DNA of 64,000 bases from Octopus vulgaris (taxonomy: Eukaryota), in NCBI GenBank assembly GCA_951406725.2, contig OX597818.1:66774001-66838000 (forward strand). Reading direction: 5' to 3'. The notes beneath the pieces are model-generated. The model saw only the letters and a list, made by a program, of their open reading frames with translations. It was not told the DNA's origin and did no database searches. Both the position numbers and the translations under genes were made by a program. Positions 40,228-54,235 of this stretch are shown piece after piece (the first letter of the stretch is position 1; every line of letters starts with the position of its first letter).

Positions 40228-40432
40228 TTTTGGTACAAGGACAGTCATTTTGGGGGGAGGGGCAAGCCGATTACATCAACTCCAAAGTTCGACCGGTACT
40301 TCTTTTATCTATGCTGTAATGATGAAAGGCAATGTCGGATATGATGCAATTAGAATTCATAACGTAAAGACGGACAAAGTGCCGTCAAGTATTTTGCCCA
40401 TCATGTTAACGATTAAGCCAACTATTCGCTTA
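40228..40432 (-). mobile_element. SINE family B (variant tail), degenerate
   Basis: Colinear with 12858-13075 (TTTTGGGGGAGGGG..GGTACT..GATGAAAGGCAA.GTCG). Confidence 0.7.
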
Positions 40433-40782
40433 TTGATGAAATAATGCAGGTTCACCGCCGTTATTATGCAAAATATTATCAATAAGAAAACGGATGCACA
40501 TATTAACTTAGAGTCGCAACTTTCCCAATGGTAATGGTGTCACTGTATATTGCACAAATGTGATTCTTTCCCAAATAAATTGCACATCGTATTTGTGGTT
40601 CAGTTGAAGCTATGAGATGATATTGAGGCACACAACTGCGAGTCCGCTACATTTTATAGCAGGAACAGGTGCAAGCTAATGAAGTTCATAGTAACCATTG
40701 TTTTTGGTTCTGTGGGATCTCTTTTTCTAGGTACACCCCACACATACATATATGTATATGTGTGCGTGTGTGTTTGTGAGTA

Positions 40783-40870
<88 letters not shown>

Positions 40871-42063
40871 CAAAATAAGCAACAGGTTGTCAAGTGATGC
40901 AGTACGACCGTTTCAAAGCGGCTCCATTTTATTGAACAATGCAATCATTACATCAATCCAAATGCAGAGCTATCCTCAGCTGCACAAATAAATAAACACA
41001 TTGTTAATCGGTCGGACACATTAATATGGTTTTACTCAAATACTCTAAAAGAGAAAGAAGATAAAAAATCGATATTATCGTTATTGTAGGTAAGAATTGT
41101 ATGAAGATTGTTAGTGTCATAACTTATAAAGGAATGTCGTTTGTTTTTAAATTTATTAATCTTTTTATCAACTACTCAATCTAAGACTAGAGAACTGTGA
41201 CGGTCATAAATATGGGCAAGATTTCACGAGTAGTATAAAGTAATCTCTCTATATATAAAACTGAGAATGTATGTCTATCTGTCTCTCTGTCTGTGTGTTT
41301 CCCTAAAACCTCCGAACTACACAACCAATTTCCTTCAAATTTTACACATGCCTTACTTAAGATCCGGGGAGGGACATCGGCAAAAAATTTAACTTTTTCC
41401 TTAGGGCGACCCCACAGCAATATCATATCTTCTCCACTATTTCAGTATTACGTGTTAAAAGTGAAACAAAAACATCTCACTATTGCAATGCAGACATTCA
41501 CTTTAATACTGAAAATATTAAAGTGAAAGTATTATATAAGAGGGATGAACCATTAACAGTGGTCATCTATTTTGCTAGAAGAAGATCCTCTATAGTCTTA
41601 TATGCTACATCACTGGTTCTCAATTCATATTAATCAAATTATTATTCAATTTTTCACCCTTATTATGTGTGTGTGTGTGTGTATTAGCAATTCGTATAAA
41701 ATTGCATCAATGACTTGAACTTGAATAAGTGGTTTCACATAAATGGGGATAAATTAAAAAGGTTTGTTGTTATTATTATTACTGTTTGACTATTGTAATC
41801 ACATTTGTTGGTTTCTCGTCAGTGAAACGTTGTTGTGTTGCAATTGTTAAATAATTGTAAACCGTAACCCTCCCTTTTTCGGAAAAGGCGCTTTAGTTAT
41901 TGTTTAAAAATTGAATTGGGGAAATTGACAATATTTTCACCGTCTTTACGGAAGCATTTTTGTTAAAATGCCTTCCATAGAATAAAGTCCAAAAATGAAT
42001 TTCGCTGCATCCGTACACTTCTATACAAAAGGGAGGACAAGATCCAATTGATCGAAATTGCAA

Positions 42064-42227
42064 GAGCTCTGGTCGCCATAGCGTCGACTGTGGGCTGGTA
42101 GCTGTGTACAGTCGCCCCAATGTCGCCCCAATACCAGCCCACAGTCGGCGCTATGGCGACCAGAGCTCGCTCTGGGCGACATTGGGCCGACTGTACACAG
42201 CTACCAGCCCACAGTCGGCGCTATGGC
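42064..42227. repeat. GC-rich nested inverted repeat (A-B-A'-B'-A')
   Basis: A=42064-42100, B=42101-42130, rcA=42132-42168, rcB=42173-42201, partial rcA=42202-42227. Confidence 0.93.
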
Positions 42228-42269
42228 ATTGGTGTCACTGTTGGGTTGAGAAGAATTTCCATTATATAA

Positions 42270-43732
42270 AAAGCAGATCGACTATTGACATGATATTCTC
42301 CATACGCCAACTTCAGTAGAAGTCCAGAGAGCAGAAAATGCCATTATATATGGCCTTCATTGATCTGACAAAGGCCTTTGACTTGGTAGGTAAAAAAGGC
42401 ATCTTCATCCTGCTCCAAAAAATCGGATGTCCACCAAAGCTGCTGAGGATCATCACATCTTTTCATGATGATTTTCAAGGCATCATACAACACAATGGTT
42501 CAACATTCCAAATAAAAATGGTGTAAAGCAAGGTTGTTTCCTTGCTCCTACATTATTTGGCATATTCTTCTCTCTGTTGCTGTCACATGCCTTTGAGACA
42601 TCAGATGATGGAGTGTTTCTGCACAGTAGAATTGATGGGATACTGTTCATTCTCTCGTGTCTGCGTGCCAAGACCAAAATCAGAAGCGTCCTGATCAAGG
42701 AGATGCTATTTGCTGATGATGCCGCTCTGGTATCACACACAGAAGAAGCCCTACAAAGGCTCATCAACTGTTTTGAGTAAGCATGTGGCAACTTTGGCTT
42801 ATTTATCAGCCTCAAGAAGACCAACATCATGGGTCAGGCTACATCGACCATCCCAAACGTATATATTGGAGATCACAGACTACAGAAGGTGGAGAAGGAT
42901 ACCTATCTTGGCTCTACCGTCACCTACAACCTATTCCTTGATACTGAGCTCAATATGCGCATTGGCAAGGCAGCTGCTGTGATGGCCCAACTCTCCAAAC
43001 GGGCATGGGGCAACGATAAGCTGACCAAGACCACAAAATTGAAGATTTACCAGGCATGTGTACTTAGCACTCTACTGTATGGAAGTGAGACATGGACGCC
43101 ATACATACGCCATACGACGTCATACGTCACCTAAATATCTTTCAACTGAGCTGCCTCCGGAAAATCCTTCACATCAAATGGCAGAATCATGTCCCCAACA
43201 AAGATGTCCTCACGCAAGCAAGAATACCAAGCATGTTTGCACTGCTCAAACAAAGACGTATGAGATGGCTTCTGCATGTTAGCCGTATGGAATATGGTAG
43301 AAGCCCCAAGGACATACTCAACGAAGAGCTTGCTAGAGGCACTAGATCTGTGGGAAGGCTGTTCTTACGATAATAGGATGTTTGCAAAAGGGACATGAAT
43401 GCCTGCAACATCAATATTACCAACTGGGAAGCAGTTGCCAGCAACCGTGGAGATTAGCGACGTACCGTAAAATAGGGAACACAAAGGAGTGACATAGAGA
43501 GGGAAGAGAGATGGAAAGTCAAGAAAATACGTCAACAAGAAAGTATGACATTACAACCAGCCAGGCAAAGTCTTAGCTACGTTTGCGGCACCTGCCAGAG
43601 GGAGTGTTATTCTAGGATAGGACTACACAGCCACAGCAGGAGATGTATTAGGACATGAAATGTAAAAGCCTGACTAGATTATTTTATGCGCAACTTCATT
43701 GTCTCCCGAGACAAAAATGATGCCAACAACAA
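42270..43732 (+). mobile_element. RTE (BovB-like) LINE, 5'-truncated RT pseudogene with (CAA)n tail
   Basis: RSTIDMIFSIRQLQ, AFIDLTKAFD, GVKQGC, LFADDAAL, YLGS, LLYGSETW and RRMRWL with several stops and frameshifts; tail TGCCAACAACAA. Confidence 0.94.
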
Positions 43733-43991
43733 TATATATGGATTTCGTATACAGGGACTTAAACAAATCAATCGTATATATATGTATATATGTTAGTTTA
43801 TGTGCGTGTCTTTGTGTCTGTGTTTCGCCCACAACACTGCTTCACAACTAGGCTTATCAACATAAAAAAGCTCTAGGCTATGTCTCATATTTTTGTTTGC
43901 CCACTCAGTTGTATCTATCAATTTATCTTTGTGTGTGTGTGTGCGTATCTCTATCTCTATCTATATCTATATCTATATATCTATATATGTA

Positions 43992-44041
<50 letters not shown>

Positions 44042-45294
44042 ATACCCTAATGAGAGCCTTAACTCCCAAATTTTAGTAACTTCTTTTATGATCGAAAACT
44101 AGGTCAAAATACTGAATAGATCCTTATGAAATTTGGAAATTATAGTCTAAGCATAAGGGCCATAACCCTCATGACAATTCATATATTTTTTGCTGTTGAT
44201 GAAATTTTAACCATAGATATTAGACACGAATGAAGTAATATTTATAAAATTTCATCTTCTTACAAAGTTGGAAAGACCCCTCCATGGGGACTTAACACCC
44301 AGAATTTTGTCATTTTATCTAAGCAAAAACGAATACAGTGGTGCTCTTGGAAGCTGTAGGGTTACCCGAGCATAAAAGTTGGGCATTATTTCTAATTGAA
44401 TGGTACAACAGTGTAACAGTTTGCTTTGACATACACTTACATTGTGATTTCTGTAATGTGGTGCATAAATTGTGAAGTAAATGAGAGGCATCTTTGTCTC
44501 CACTGATTCAGTTGCAAAGTGTTGAGTAAAGTTATTTGATTGCAGACCTCCTTTCAGTCTTTTTATTATCACTCGGTCACACATAGTCCCCAGGTGGTAA
44601 CATTGATTACAATGCCTTCCCAGATAAGTGACTGGTTATTCAAAGACATTTATAGATTTTAAATTCATTCTGTCCAGTTACGTATCAGTATAGTGATCAT
44701 TTGCAAAATCCAGAGGTGACACTTTAATTTCTCCTAAGCCCTCACGTCACATACTTGTTAATGTCGATTTCAGTTGGGTCACGCACTTCCAATTGCTATA
44801 GATTCGTAATGCATTTTACGGCCGTTCCTGTCACCTGGATTGTGAGCAATCCTACATTGGGAGGGGTAACGACTAGGGTAGGGTAACTGACTGCTTATTG
44901 TGATCATTCGTCTTTTGGTTTCCATGAGGCACGATTAGAATTTGTTTAGGGTGTGTAAAGAAAGAAATAACCCTCATCTGCAATTTTGATGAAATTCGAA
45001 ACATAGATATTCCAGTTCATTCAGAAAATATAACAGAAAAGTATAATTCTTCAATTGAATGTAACCGGGCAACGCCGGGTATCTCTGCTAGTTGTCTATA
45101 AAGGTGGCAGGTTATGGGAGACACCAAATTAAGATGTTAATTACCAGTTAAGGAGGCAAGCCGCTATTAAAACCTCCTATGATGTTAACACAGAATAAAT
45201 TTTATCATAGGGTACTTTGGGTGATCTTTTACAAAAAATATTATGTTGTATAAAGATAAAATTTGAGATTATATATATATATATACTGGATGAG

Positions 45295-45435
45295 CGTGTT
45301 TCGGTTTCCGTTAATGAAATCCGCAATCAAGGACTTGGTTAGCCTGGGGCTGTAGTGGAAGACACTTGGGCATGTTGCTATGCAAAGGGTCTAAATCTGG
45401 ATCGATTCGTTTTGGCAGTAAGCTTCTTACTACCC
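45295..45435 (-). mobile_element. SINE family A 5' fragment
   Basis: TTTCGGTTTCCG..GGGCTGTAGTGGAAGACACTTG..AAGCTTCTTAC matches family A in reverse. Confidence 0.65.
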
Positions 45436-46129
45436 AACATCCCCATTACCTTTCTTCCGCCATTTACCTTTTTGTTTTTCAAATTAATCCAACGCACATA
45501 ATAAGACATTTCCATTTCATGGTTGGATCTGTATGAGTGCTGAATCTAAATGCTGTGCTCTTTTAATTGTGCATGCTATCAAAATACTGTACTGGTCTTC
45601 CTGATGTTGTCGTACGATTTGCATATTCACATAATGAAAGCGTACACTTTATCTTTTGATATCATTTTGTTAGATTTATTTAAAATTTGTGGCTAGCATA
45701 AACAAGCAAGCAAGAGATAGCTCCTGCTACACAGTGCTGTAGATATTGTTTCCAAAATATTTATATTATTCATAGAGTAAAACTGAAACAATCGAAAGCA
45801 TTATAAATTTTGTATCCTTTACGGTTGTTAATATAAAGTAATATTATTTACAATATGGAAGGCTACAACAATTATATTCTCGAATTTGATTTCCACAGTA
45901 ACTTGATTAGAAAGAAATTAAATTCTTTGAGTCTTTCAGAAATTATCGTCTTACAATACATAATAGTTTTCTAAGAAATAGTTTGAAATACCCACAGATT
46001 GCCTAAAGAATTCTAAGTATAACTTTTTAATGCCCTTCCCAAAAGTGGAGAAAATGCATTTTGTTGTCACTAATGTCGATAGGCATCCGTCGGCCTTGAG
46101 AGAACATGAAGTTGCGACTAGATAATTTG

Positions 46130-46770
46130 TGTCAGCCGCTGATGGTGGTGCAGTGTCTGCTGCGCAAGACCACATGGGAGGTGTAGTAACGCATGCACCA
46201 AATGCATATGTAGAAGCTCTCCACTGGCCCTACTGATGTTTCGTTTCTTCGTGCGCACTTTCTTTTGGTGGCCGGTTCCAGTTTCTCCTCCCCTCCATTC
46301 ATCCCCATGCGTAGTATTCGCTGGTTATCTTGGCACTGTTGAGGATTTCAATGTTGGTGTCTCTGTTTGTCCAACTTCTATCCAAGATACGTCTCAGACT
46401 ACGAAGGTGGAAGACGTTGAAATGCCGCCCATGTCTGGAGTAAAAGCTCCACATCTCACCGTCGTAAAGCATTGTGCTGAGGACGCACGCCGATAGAGAG
46501 CAATCGTGGTGTTTATGAGCAGCTGTCTCTTCTCTAAGACCCTTTTTATAAGCCTGGCAAATTCGGAGAATGCTTGTATAAAACGCCACAGGAATTCAGT
46601 GTCCCAGGAGAGGTTATCAGTGATGGTAATGCCGAGATAGATGAATTCTTTGACTGTCTATTGCTCTTGATTGCTGATGGTAATGGTGTGTGGGTTGCGT
46701 GACACATCAGACTCTCTGTTGGTTTTCTACAGTCTAATAGGTAGGTTTAATTCCTGACAAGCATTTCCGT
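46130..46770 (-). mobile_element. RTE LINE 3' fragment
   Basis: ORF 46299-46589: ACVLSTMLYDGEMWSFY..FNVFHLRSLRRIL..W..TNIEIL; upstream FIYLGITI. Confidence 0.8.
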
Positions 46771-49200
46771 TGCAAACACAGAAATATAATTAACAATCTT
46801 TTACGTTTCTTTAAAACTATGGAAATATACTAACCTTCGAATTATATTTATCGTGAAATCAAAATACATCGTATCTTTCTCATTTAGGAAATATTGTACA
46901 ATATCCTGACGAATTATAAAATCCATGTATTTATTCCCAGTGGTAATTGTTTGACCCTCTTTAAATATTTATGTTTAGGAGATTGCCAAGGACATTTTAC
47001 CTGTCCAGTGTCCATCCATAAAGCAACTATGGGCTTTTTATTGTTATATGCATTTAACAGACTCTTCTGCAAAATGAAATGAAACCAACACCCAAGGTTT
47101 TCGAAACTGGTAGAGCAATGGCAAAGATTATGTCAGCGTTAGATTTCTCCTTCAAATACAGTAAAAAATGTGAATATTTCGAAATATAAAACCATTGAAA
47201 TAAACTAATGCATCTTCGCAGTAAAGATATTTTTACCTGTATGCCCATCTGGTATGGAACGTACTAATATTTTCTGCTTAACTTCCAACGAACATTGTAC
47301 ATATCGAGCATTCATTATTTGAACATTAAGCGAATCAATATAACTGGAGACGTAAAACCCAACCTATCGTTTGGAAATATTTTCATTAACTTCAACAGAA
47401 ACATTACATTGTGTATACAAACACTCTAAAACAGATAACGAATTCATTCACATCTCTGAAAATAGTGATAACAGTTCTCATCCGGTTCGAGTTACGGAAT
47501 ATTCCATTGCGTAAATATCCTTGAATATGAAATAATAAGTTGGAAAAAGTTCACAATACATAGAATTGCTTTTTGAGAAGCTATAATCTTAGGAGTGTTA
47601 CCTAATGTTTCCCTTGGGATATATACCATTAAGTAGGTCTTATTCGTTACTCTAACAACGAAATTCGTAATTTGTGCGCTTTAAATGTTGGCGAATTTGT
47701 AGAACTTTGAGAGATCTCATACTACCATCTGTAATATGCATTCAAATTCTCTATTTGTGTTGTATCTTAAGAAGGTATGATTTGTATTTCGTCCTTCGAT
47801 AGTGATGCATAAAATATCACTCGTAACCTGACGTATCATGTCTTATGATACTTTGAAGTGTATTACGGCATTAGCGTGGGTCAGTATGTTACGGATGGAA
47901 AATTATAAATAGTCAACAGAAAAGCCTAAATTCTTCAAAAGTCGACATCAATTCTGACAACTTGGTAAACAACAATTATCCTACTTTATTTTATATTTCC
48001 CAATGGCAATATCATATATGTCAGAAATATATGCGGTAATGGAAGTTTTAATTTATTTTCACTTGAATAAAAGAGAAAATAGCATTTGTACATATTAATA
48101 TATATATGACGATGATGATAATATATATGTGTGTGTATAATGTACATACACACACACTCACTCACACAGATACATATATAAATATTCATAACTTTTATTA
48201 CGTTCTCATCATTGTTTACGTCGTATATTTGTAGCCGTATTAGTCCTTCAGTAGAATATTTAGTGACATTTAAAATCTTAGAAATAGAATATTTCTCTGA
48301 AATATGGTCATATTTAAGCGATTAAATTAAACAAGTTCTTCTACCTACTCACCCTCAAATATGCGAACCGTCATATAAAGATTCTATCAATTTGGCATTC
48401 TTAAAGAGCAGAAAATACTAACAAACCTCACCCATGTACTCCCACCTCTTACAATTTACGTTTACCATTCCTTGATGGTTATCATTACTTTCTAATTTCT
48501 CTCATACCCTGCTTCCGTGAAGAATTGCACAACATATAACTTACTAATTTATTCATATTTCTTAGACACATACTCGCAAATATTCGCATTTCACCGGATA
48601 TTTTTTGTGCTTTTTTTAAATAACGTATTCTCCTATATTTACTAAATATACATCGTATAAATTCATAAATAAATTTTTAACAGCCATACATTCACATGTA
48701 TGCTAGAACCATATTCTTTTATTCTGTTATTCGTTTCAGACATATGAGATATATATATATATATGGTATATATTTCAAAAATATAAATTTCTCCAGTTTA
48801 ATATTTTCCTTTATATGTTCTCTACCAATGCTTTCCTTCCATACTAAGTAGATGATTTAGCATCATTTTTTTTCTATTCAAAATATATATCTTACAATTC
48901 TAAAAAAAAACAACCGCAAATTTTACTTCACATTGCCAAAAATTATCTAAATGCTGAAATTAAATATGTTGCTCAAAATATCTTCCACCAATTTCGCCAT
49001 ATAATATTCTGAATATATCTCAATTCGGTATTCTTTTTCTGGTTCGTCTTATCTGTTAGGCATAAAAAGGCAGAGCTATAGAATGTTTGATTTTTTTTCC
49101 TAAAATAGGTATAATCCAATAATAAATAAAGCAGATATAGAATTTTTCAAATTTGCATCCACATCACACACACACGCATATAATGCACACACACATAAAC

Positions 49201-49247
<47 letters not shown>

Positions 49248-49367
49248 CATGTTTGCATATATTTGTGTATATATATACACACATACATATAAGCACACAC
49301 ATAATATATATGCACATATTATATTAATTTTGTATACACACACGTACACATATATATAAATATATAT

Positions 49368-49419
<52 letters not shown>

Positions 49420-49424
49420 TTCAT

Positions 49425-49570
49425 AGGCGCAGGAGTGGCTGCATGGTAAGTAGCTTTCTTACCAACATGGTTTCGAGTTCAGTTCCACTGCGTGGCACCT
49501 TGGGAGAGTGTGTTCTACAATAGCTTCGGTGGATTTGGTAGACGGAAACTGAAAGAATCCCGTTGTATAC
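49425..49570 (+). mobile_element. SINE family A 5' half
   Basis: AGGCGCAGGAGTGGCTGCATGGTAAG..GTTCAGTTCCACTGCGTGGCACCTTGGG. Confidence 0.88.
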
Positions 49571-50813
49571 ATATATATATATGTGTGAGTGTGTGTATGT
49601 GTGTATGTGCGTGGCGTGTGTGTGTATCTAGGTGTGTAACTTTCGATGTTTGTATTGTTGTTAGGAATACATACGTAGACTCTTCTGATACCTTCAAGGT
49701 TTAACTATATTTAGTAAAATTTGATTCTGGTTATCGTGAAAAAGAAATCCGTGTAACCTATACATACATTTCCTTACTCGGTAAAGTTTAATTCTTTTGA
49801 AAAGTTTCCGATCATCTGTTTAATTGAAAATGAAGAACACCACGTCTTCTATCTTGCTACTATTATGCTTCACGTGAGGCGCTAATTAAACTGCATTCAT
49901 TGTGTAGTGAAGGATGAAATTAGAATTTTATTTTGTTGCCCTTTACCGTTTCAATTGAATGTCTTTTACGAGAAGTGCACAGAGTTGTCCCGAAATTTGT
50001 TGATGTCTTTAACTTAGAAAAAAAACTGCTGATTCGTGTACTGAAGAAATAAGATTCGGTGCTGCAAATTAATTGAAAGCACTTAAGATCTCTATGGTCC
50101 AGAGGGCCTGAAATTTTTCTTCCTTTTTTTCATTATTAAATATCGCACTCAAGAATTCTTTTCTTTTCTTTTTGGTTGAATTGTATTAGTTATTACCTAT
50201 AGCGTCCTCTTTTTATAATGTGACATAAAAATCACCGTTCAGGATAAATTCCGCTAATTTCTTTTATTTTGCTATGTCTTTGGTTACAGACGCAATTTCG
50301 GAAGATCTGTTCTATCTATATTCATTTCCAGACATTCATCTATAAAATAGAATTGATGTGTGAGAAAGCAATTAAAACATTTACAGCTTTTCTTCACTCC
50401 ATCTCATCTATTTTTATTAATGTCAAATTGCAGAGAAATTTATAGAGTTTTAAACAATCATGAAAGTAAGCATTTGGTCTATTTTCTTTGCATACCGAGG
50501 CAACATTTAAGTAGACGTAGGATATTTCTCATAACAAAACCTTATCAATTTGCCTATAGCTTCATTTTCTCATGTTATTGTTTTCATTTCTGGTACTGTT
50601 GATTTTCTAACACTGTTTTACAAACAATGAAAATTGCAGATTTGAAATTATGCTCTATTTCAAATGCCATTTATTTTGAATATGCTATCTTTTTCGTTAC
50701 GTGAGTTTACGAAAAGTACAGCACAATTTCGATATCAGGATATATTGCCTTTAACGTATGAGTTATGATAAATAACGTAATTGCTTATGCTTAAAGGATA
50801 TATGAATGCTTCT

Positions 50814-51210
50814 AAGGCGGCGAGCTGGCAGAAACGTTAGCACGCCGGGCGGAATGCTTAGCGGTATTTCGTCTGCCGTTACGTTCTGACTTCAAATTCC
50901 GCCGACGTCGACTTTGCCTTTCATCCTTTCGGGGTCGATAAATTAAGTACCAGTTACACACTGGGGTCGATATAATCGACTTAATCCTTTTGTCTGTCCT
51001 TGTTTGTCCTCTCTGTGTTTAGCCCCTTGTGGGTAGTAAAGAAATAGGTATTTTGTCTGTCGTTGCGTTCTGAGTTCAAATCCTTTCATCTTCTCGGGGT
51101 CGATAAATAAAGTACCAGTTTCGCACTGGGGTCGATGTAATCGACTTAATCCCTTTATCTGTCCTTGTTTGTCCCCTCTATGTTTAGCCCCTTGAGGGTA
51201 GTAAAGAAAT
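50814..51210 (+). mobile_element. SINE family B, full copy plus tandem 5'-truncated second unit
   Basis: AGGCGGCGAGCTGGCAGAAACGTTAGC..TTCAAATTCC head; about 50865-51045 is repeated at about 51047-51210. Confidence 0.92.
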
Positions 51211-53936
51211 ATATACCCCCTCCCTAAAAAAAAAAATAAATTAAAAATTAATTTGAATTATAATAATAGCTAGACCTCTTTTAGACACAAACATTACAAC
51301 ACGGCAGCAGTGAATATATAACAGTCTATGATACAAATGATTTTACACCCTGAATGCCACCATTTCACACAGAGTATGTTCGTATTCTAACTACATTGTA
51401 TTTTTTGTATTCTAATAATTCTCTAGTTTTCTATTCTAATTATTCTTTGTTCAAACACAAACTTTCAGAAGCCAAACTAAGTGTGAAATTGATAATTAAA
51501 AGTGAGAGACAACAATGCAATGTGGCCCACTTTTTTGCAAGGAAATTTGCGGAAATTTCGAACCGTTATAGAAGTAATGATGCAGAGGTGTGCTTCATTT
51601 CTAATATTATATGACTAATCACTGCAGCTGTGAATTGAAACACAAGTTACTTGCGTAGAGGTGAACGCTAATACAGAGATATCACTCATTGTCACATTTT
51701 TAAGTAATAGCAGAATTCTGTTTATTAAGCAAAAAAAAAAGATATCTGACCGCTGCAACTGCTACATATTTCTAAATATTAAATATTGGGAAAGTAGTAA
51801 TATCAGCTGCAAAGTTTATATGTTTAAGTATTTGAATATAAATCATATCAATTGTTCAACATAATCATCCGAACTAACATTATCTGCAAAGCTATACCGA
51901 TCGATTAATATCCATATTACATTGTATGTAATCCGGCGGAGAAAATGGTAAATGAGTTTCCCGAATAGACCTATATTTCTGAACCTGGTATGGAGAGTTA
52001 ATCCCACATTAGAAAGTGTTATGAAAATATTGTAACAAACATGCTCGTCTATACAATCGTACAATAGAAGGGACAGTAGTAGATACAGAGTTGGCTAATA
52101 TCATCGGAATGATCTTTTCATTTCTATGTTTTTATTTCTGTATACGATATGCGAATCATAAGTCGTCTAAGAGATCTGCGGGAGATGCCTATTTCATTGG
52201 AAGCCCTTTATGTTAAGATTTCTAGGGATTTTGAAGGTATTCTTGAACCACAAGCATTTCATTTTCATCAGTGGTAAAAGTGAACGGTGGAACACTTTTC
52301 CGTGCATTGCGGATGAACCGACTCTGTTAAAGTTTGTCTCATATTCTCTAAAATGATTAATCCTAACGGATTAATTCTCACTCCATTTTTCTCTAAAATA
52401 AAGAATAATTATTTTATTATAAACAGAATTAGTTATAAAAGACATATAATCAGAAAATACTCATCAACTGTATACTTACTTTTGTCCAACTTGTATATTT
52501 TTCTGTTCGGAAGATTGTATGGAAACCAGCAGCAGTAACAACAATAAATATCGCTAAATGAGCACAAGACGCTAAATCCAAAATGTAGATGTGGTTCCTT
52601 GTTTCCACTAGCAACTATAACTGACTGACACCTTATTTTATAGACAGTGAAACGATGAAAAACGTATTTACCAATAGTAGGATCTGAACTCAGAACAAAA
52701 GTGTTCTGTAAATAAATACAGCTACGAATTCTGATACATGTTCTATAAATCCTTTCCGCTTTATGCATAAGACTTATGGGGGTGGGATAGTTGATTGCAT
52801 TGAACTCCAGAACTCAACTATTAACTATTGCCCAATTTTGGATAATAGCAGTTGATTTTTTTCTTCAAACATTTCATTCTTGGAATACTCCCTAACTGAA
52901 GTTTAAGATATCCTTTCATATCACATTTTACTTCGAATCTTGTGTTTTCTGTTCTATATCGCCAACATAACGCCTTGTTTTTAGTTAGCGAGTGAAGGTG
53001 AACTTATTCAAGACTTTGCCCTTTACAACAACTGCGGAATCATTTACATGTAAAGCTAAATAGGAAATAAGATTTGTAGCGGAAGAATTTGTTATGTATT
53101 CGATGTTTACATCTGATAAGTTCCTGAAATGTATTAAGAATGTTGCTTTTAGTGTACATGATAGCCTAATCTTATTCTAAACATTATCGTGTTCTGCACG
53201 TCCAATGGTCGGCCAATTGATATTTAACCAGCTAAGCCCCCCTTGATTTCGTTATTATTTGAAATAAAGTTATGCTACCAGCCTTAGATTCGGCTAAAAC
53301 TTCATAATTGTGATTATGCATTCTAGATCTTAAGTAAATATAAGTATCACCAATGTAAACGTATCTCGCTTCAATTTTAGTAACTATATTTCATAGATTT
53401 CATAGACATGTTACTCATTAGACACATAATATCATATGGACAGACGAATGGACCTTTACAATTACAGAATCGATTAGAGGTCCAAGCAGTGTGTTTTCCA
53501 AGTGAATGCACAGAAGGCTGTTACGGTTTTCACAAAACACACCTTTAGACCTATCAGCTGCAATGTTGGTAAGAAAGTTCCAGTGATGCTCTCATAATGT
53601 GCGCAGGATCTACACCATAACCACGCACTTTTTGTTGAAGTGATTGTGGATCGAGCTTTATATTAACATAAGTGGTATCTGCCAAGTCTTCGATTTGAAA
53701 GAAAATGTCTTAGCTTGTATTGCGTACTTGTTAACTTCAGTGCTAGACAGCTCGATAAGTAGGTTGTTATAAATCCTACAAATTAACGTACTGGGTGCTT
53801 CCTTCTGTTGGCGCGCTTCAGAACGGGTCCTGGAAACTTTTGATACTTACCCTAAGCATAACATTGTTACTAGCACGCGTATAACATTGTTTGTTTCGAA
53901 GTAATGTTATATCATTCTCCTCTTTCTTATAGAAGC

Positions 53937-53999
<63 letters not shown>

Positions 54000-54183
54000 T
54001 CTCACATTTTCTGTGTAGTTTATGACGATTATGACACTACTAAATACAGCAGTACACTAACTACGGCACTGGAAGCTGATAATGAAAATCTGGATAATGA
54101 GAGTCTGCGTGGCAGTGTAATACATAGAGTAATAGTCGTACACAACACTCCCCACCATGCACATGTATATATATATATCCTAC

Positions 54184-54235
<52 letters not shown>

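Larger units (their letters stand above)
41244..45091 (+). mobile_element. Non-autonomous Helitron termini enclosing nested insertions
   Basis: 5' A|TCTCTCTATATATAAAACTGAG..GTCTGT and 3' CCGGGCAACGCCGGG hairpin + CTAG|T; both ends resemble the 56273 element. That the two ends belong to one element is inference. Confidence 0.65.

Noticed and set aside
42064-42227. 37-bp repeats with 30-bp spacers as a CRISPR-like array
   Set aside because: The repeats are in opposite orientations and the spacers are reverse complements of each other.
44044-44112. Hammerhead-like CUAAUGA...GAAAACUAGGUC
   Set aside because: Stem I and stem II cannot be formed convincingly; too degenerate to call.
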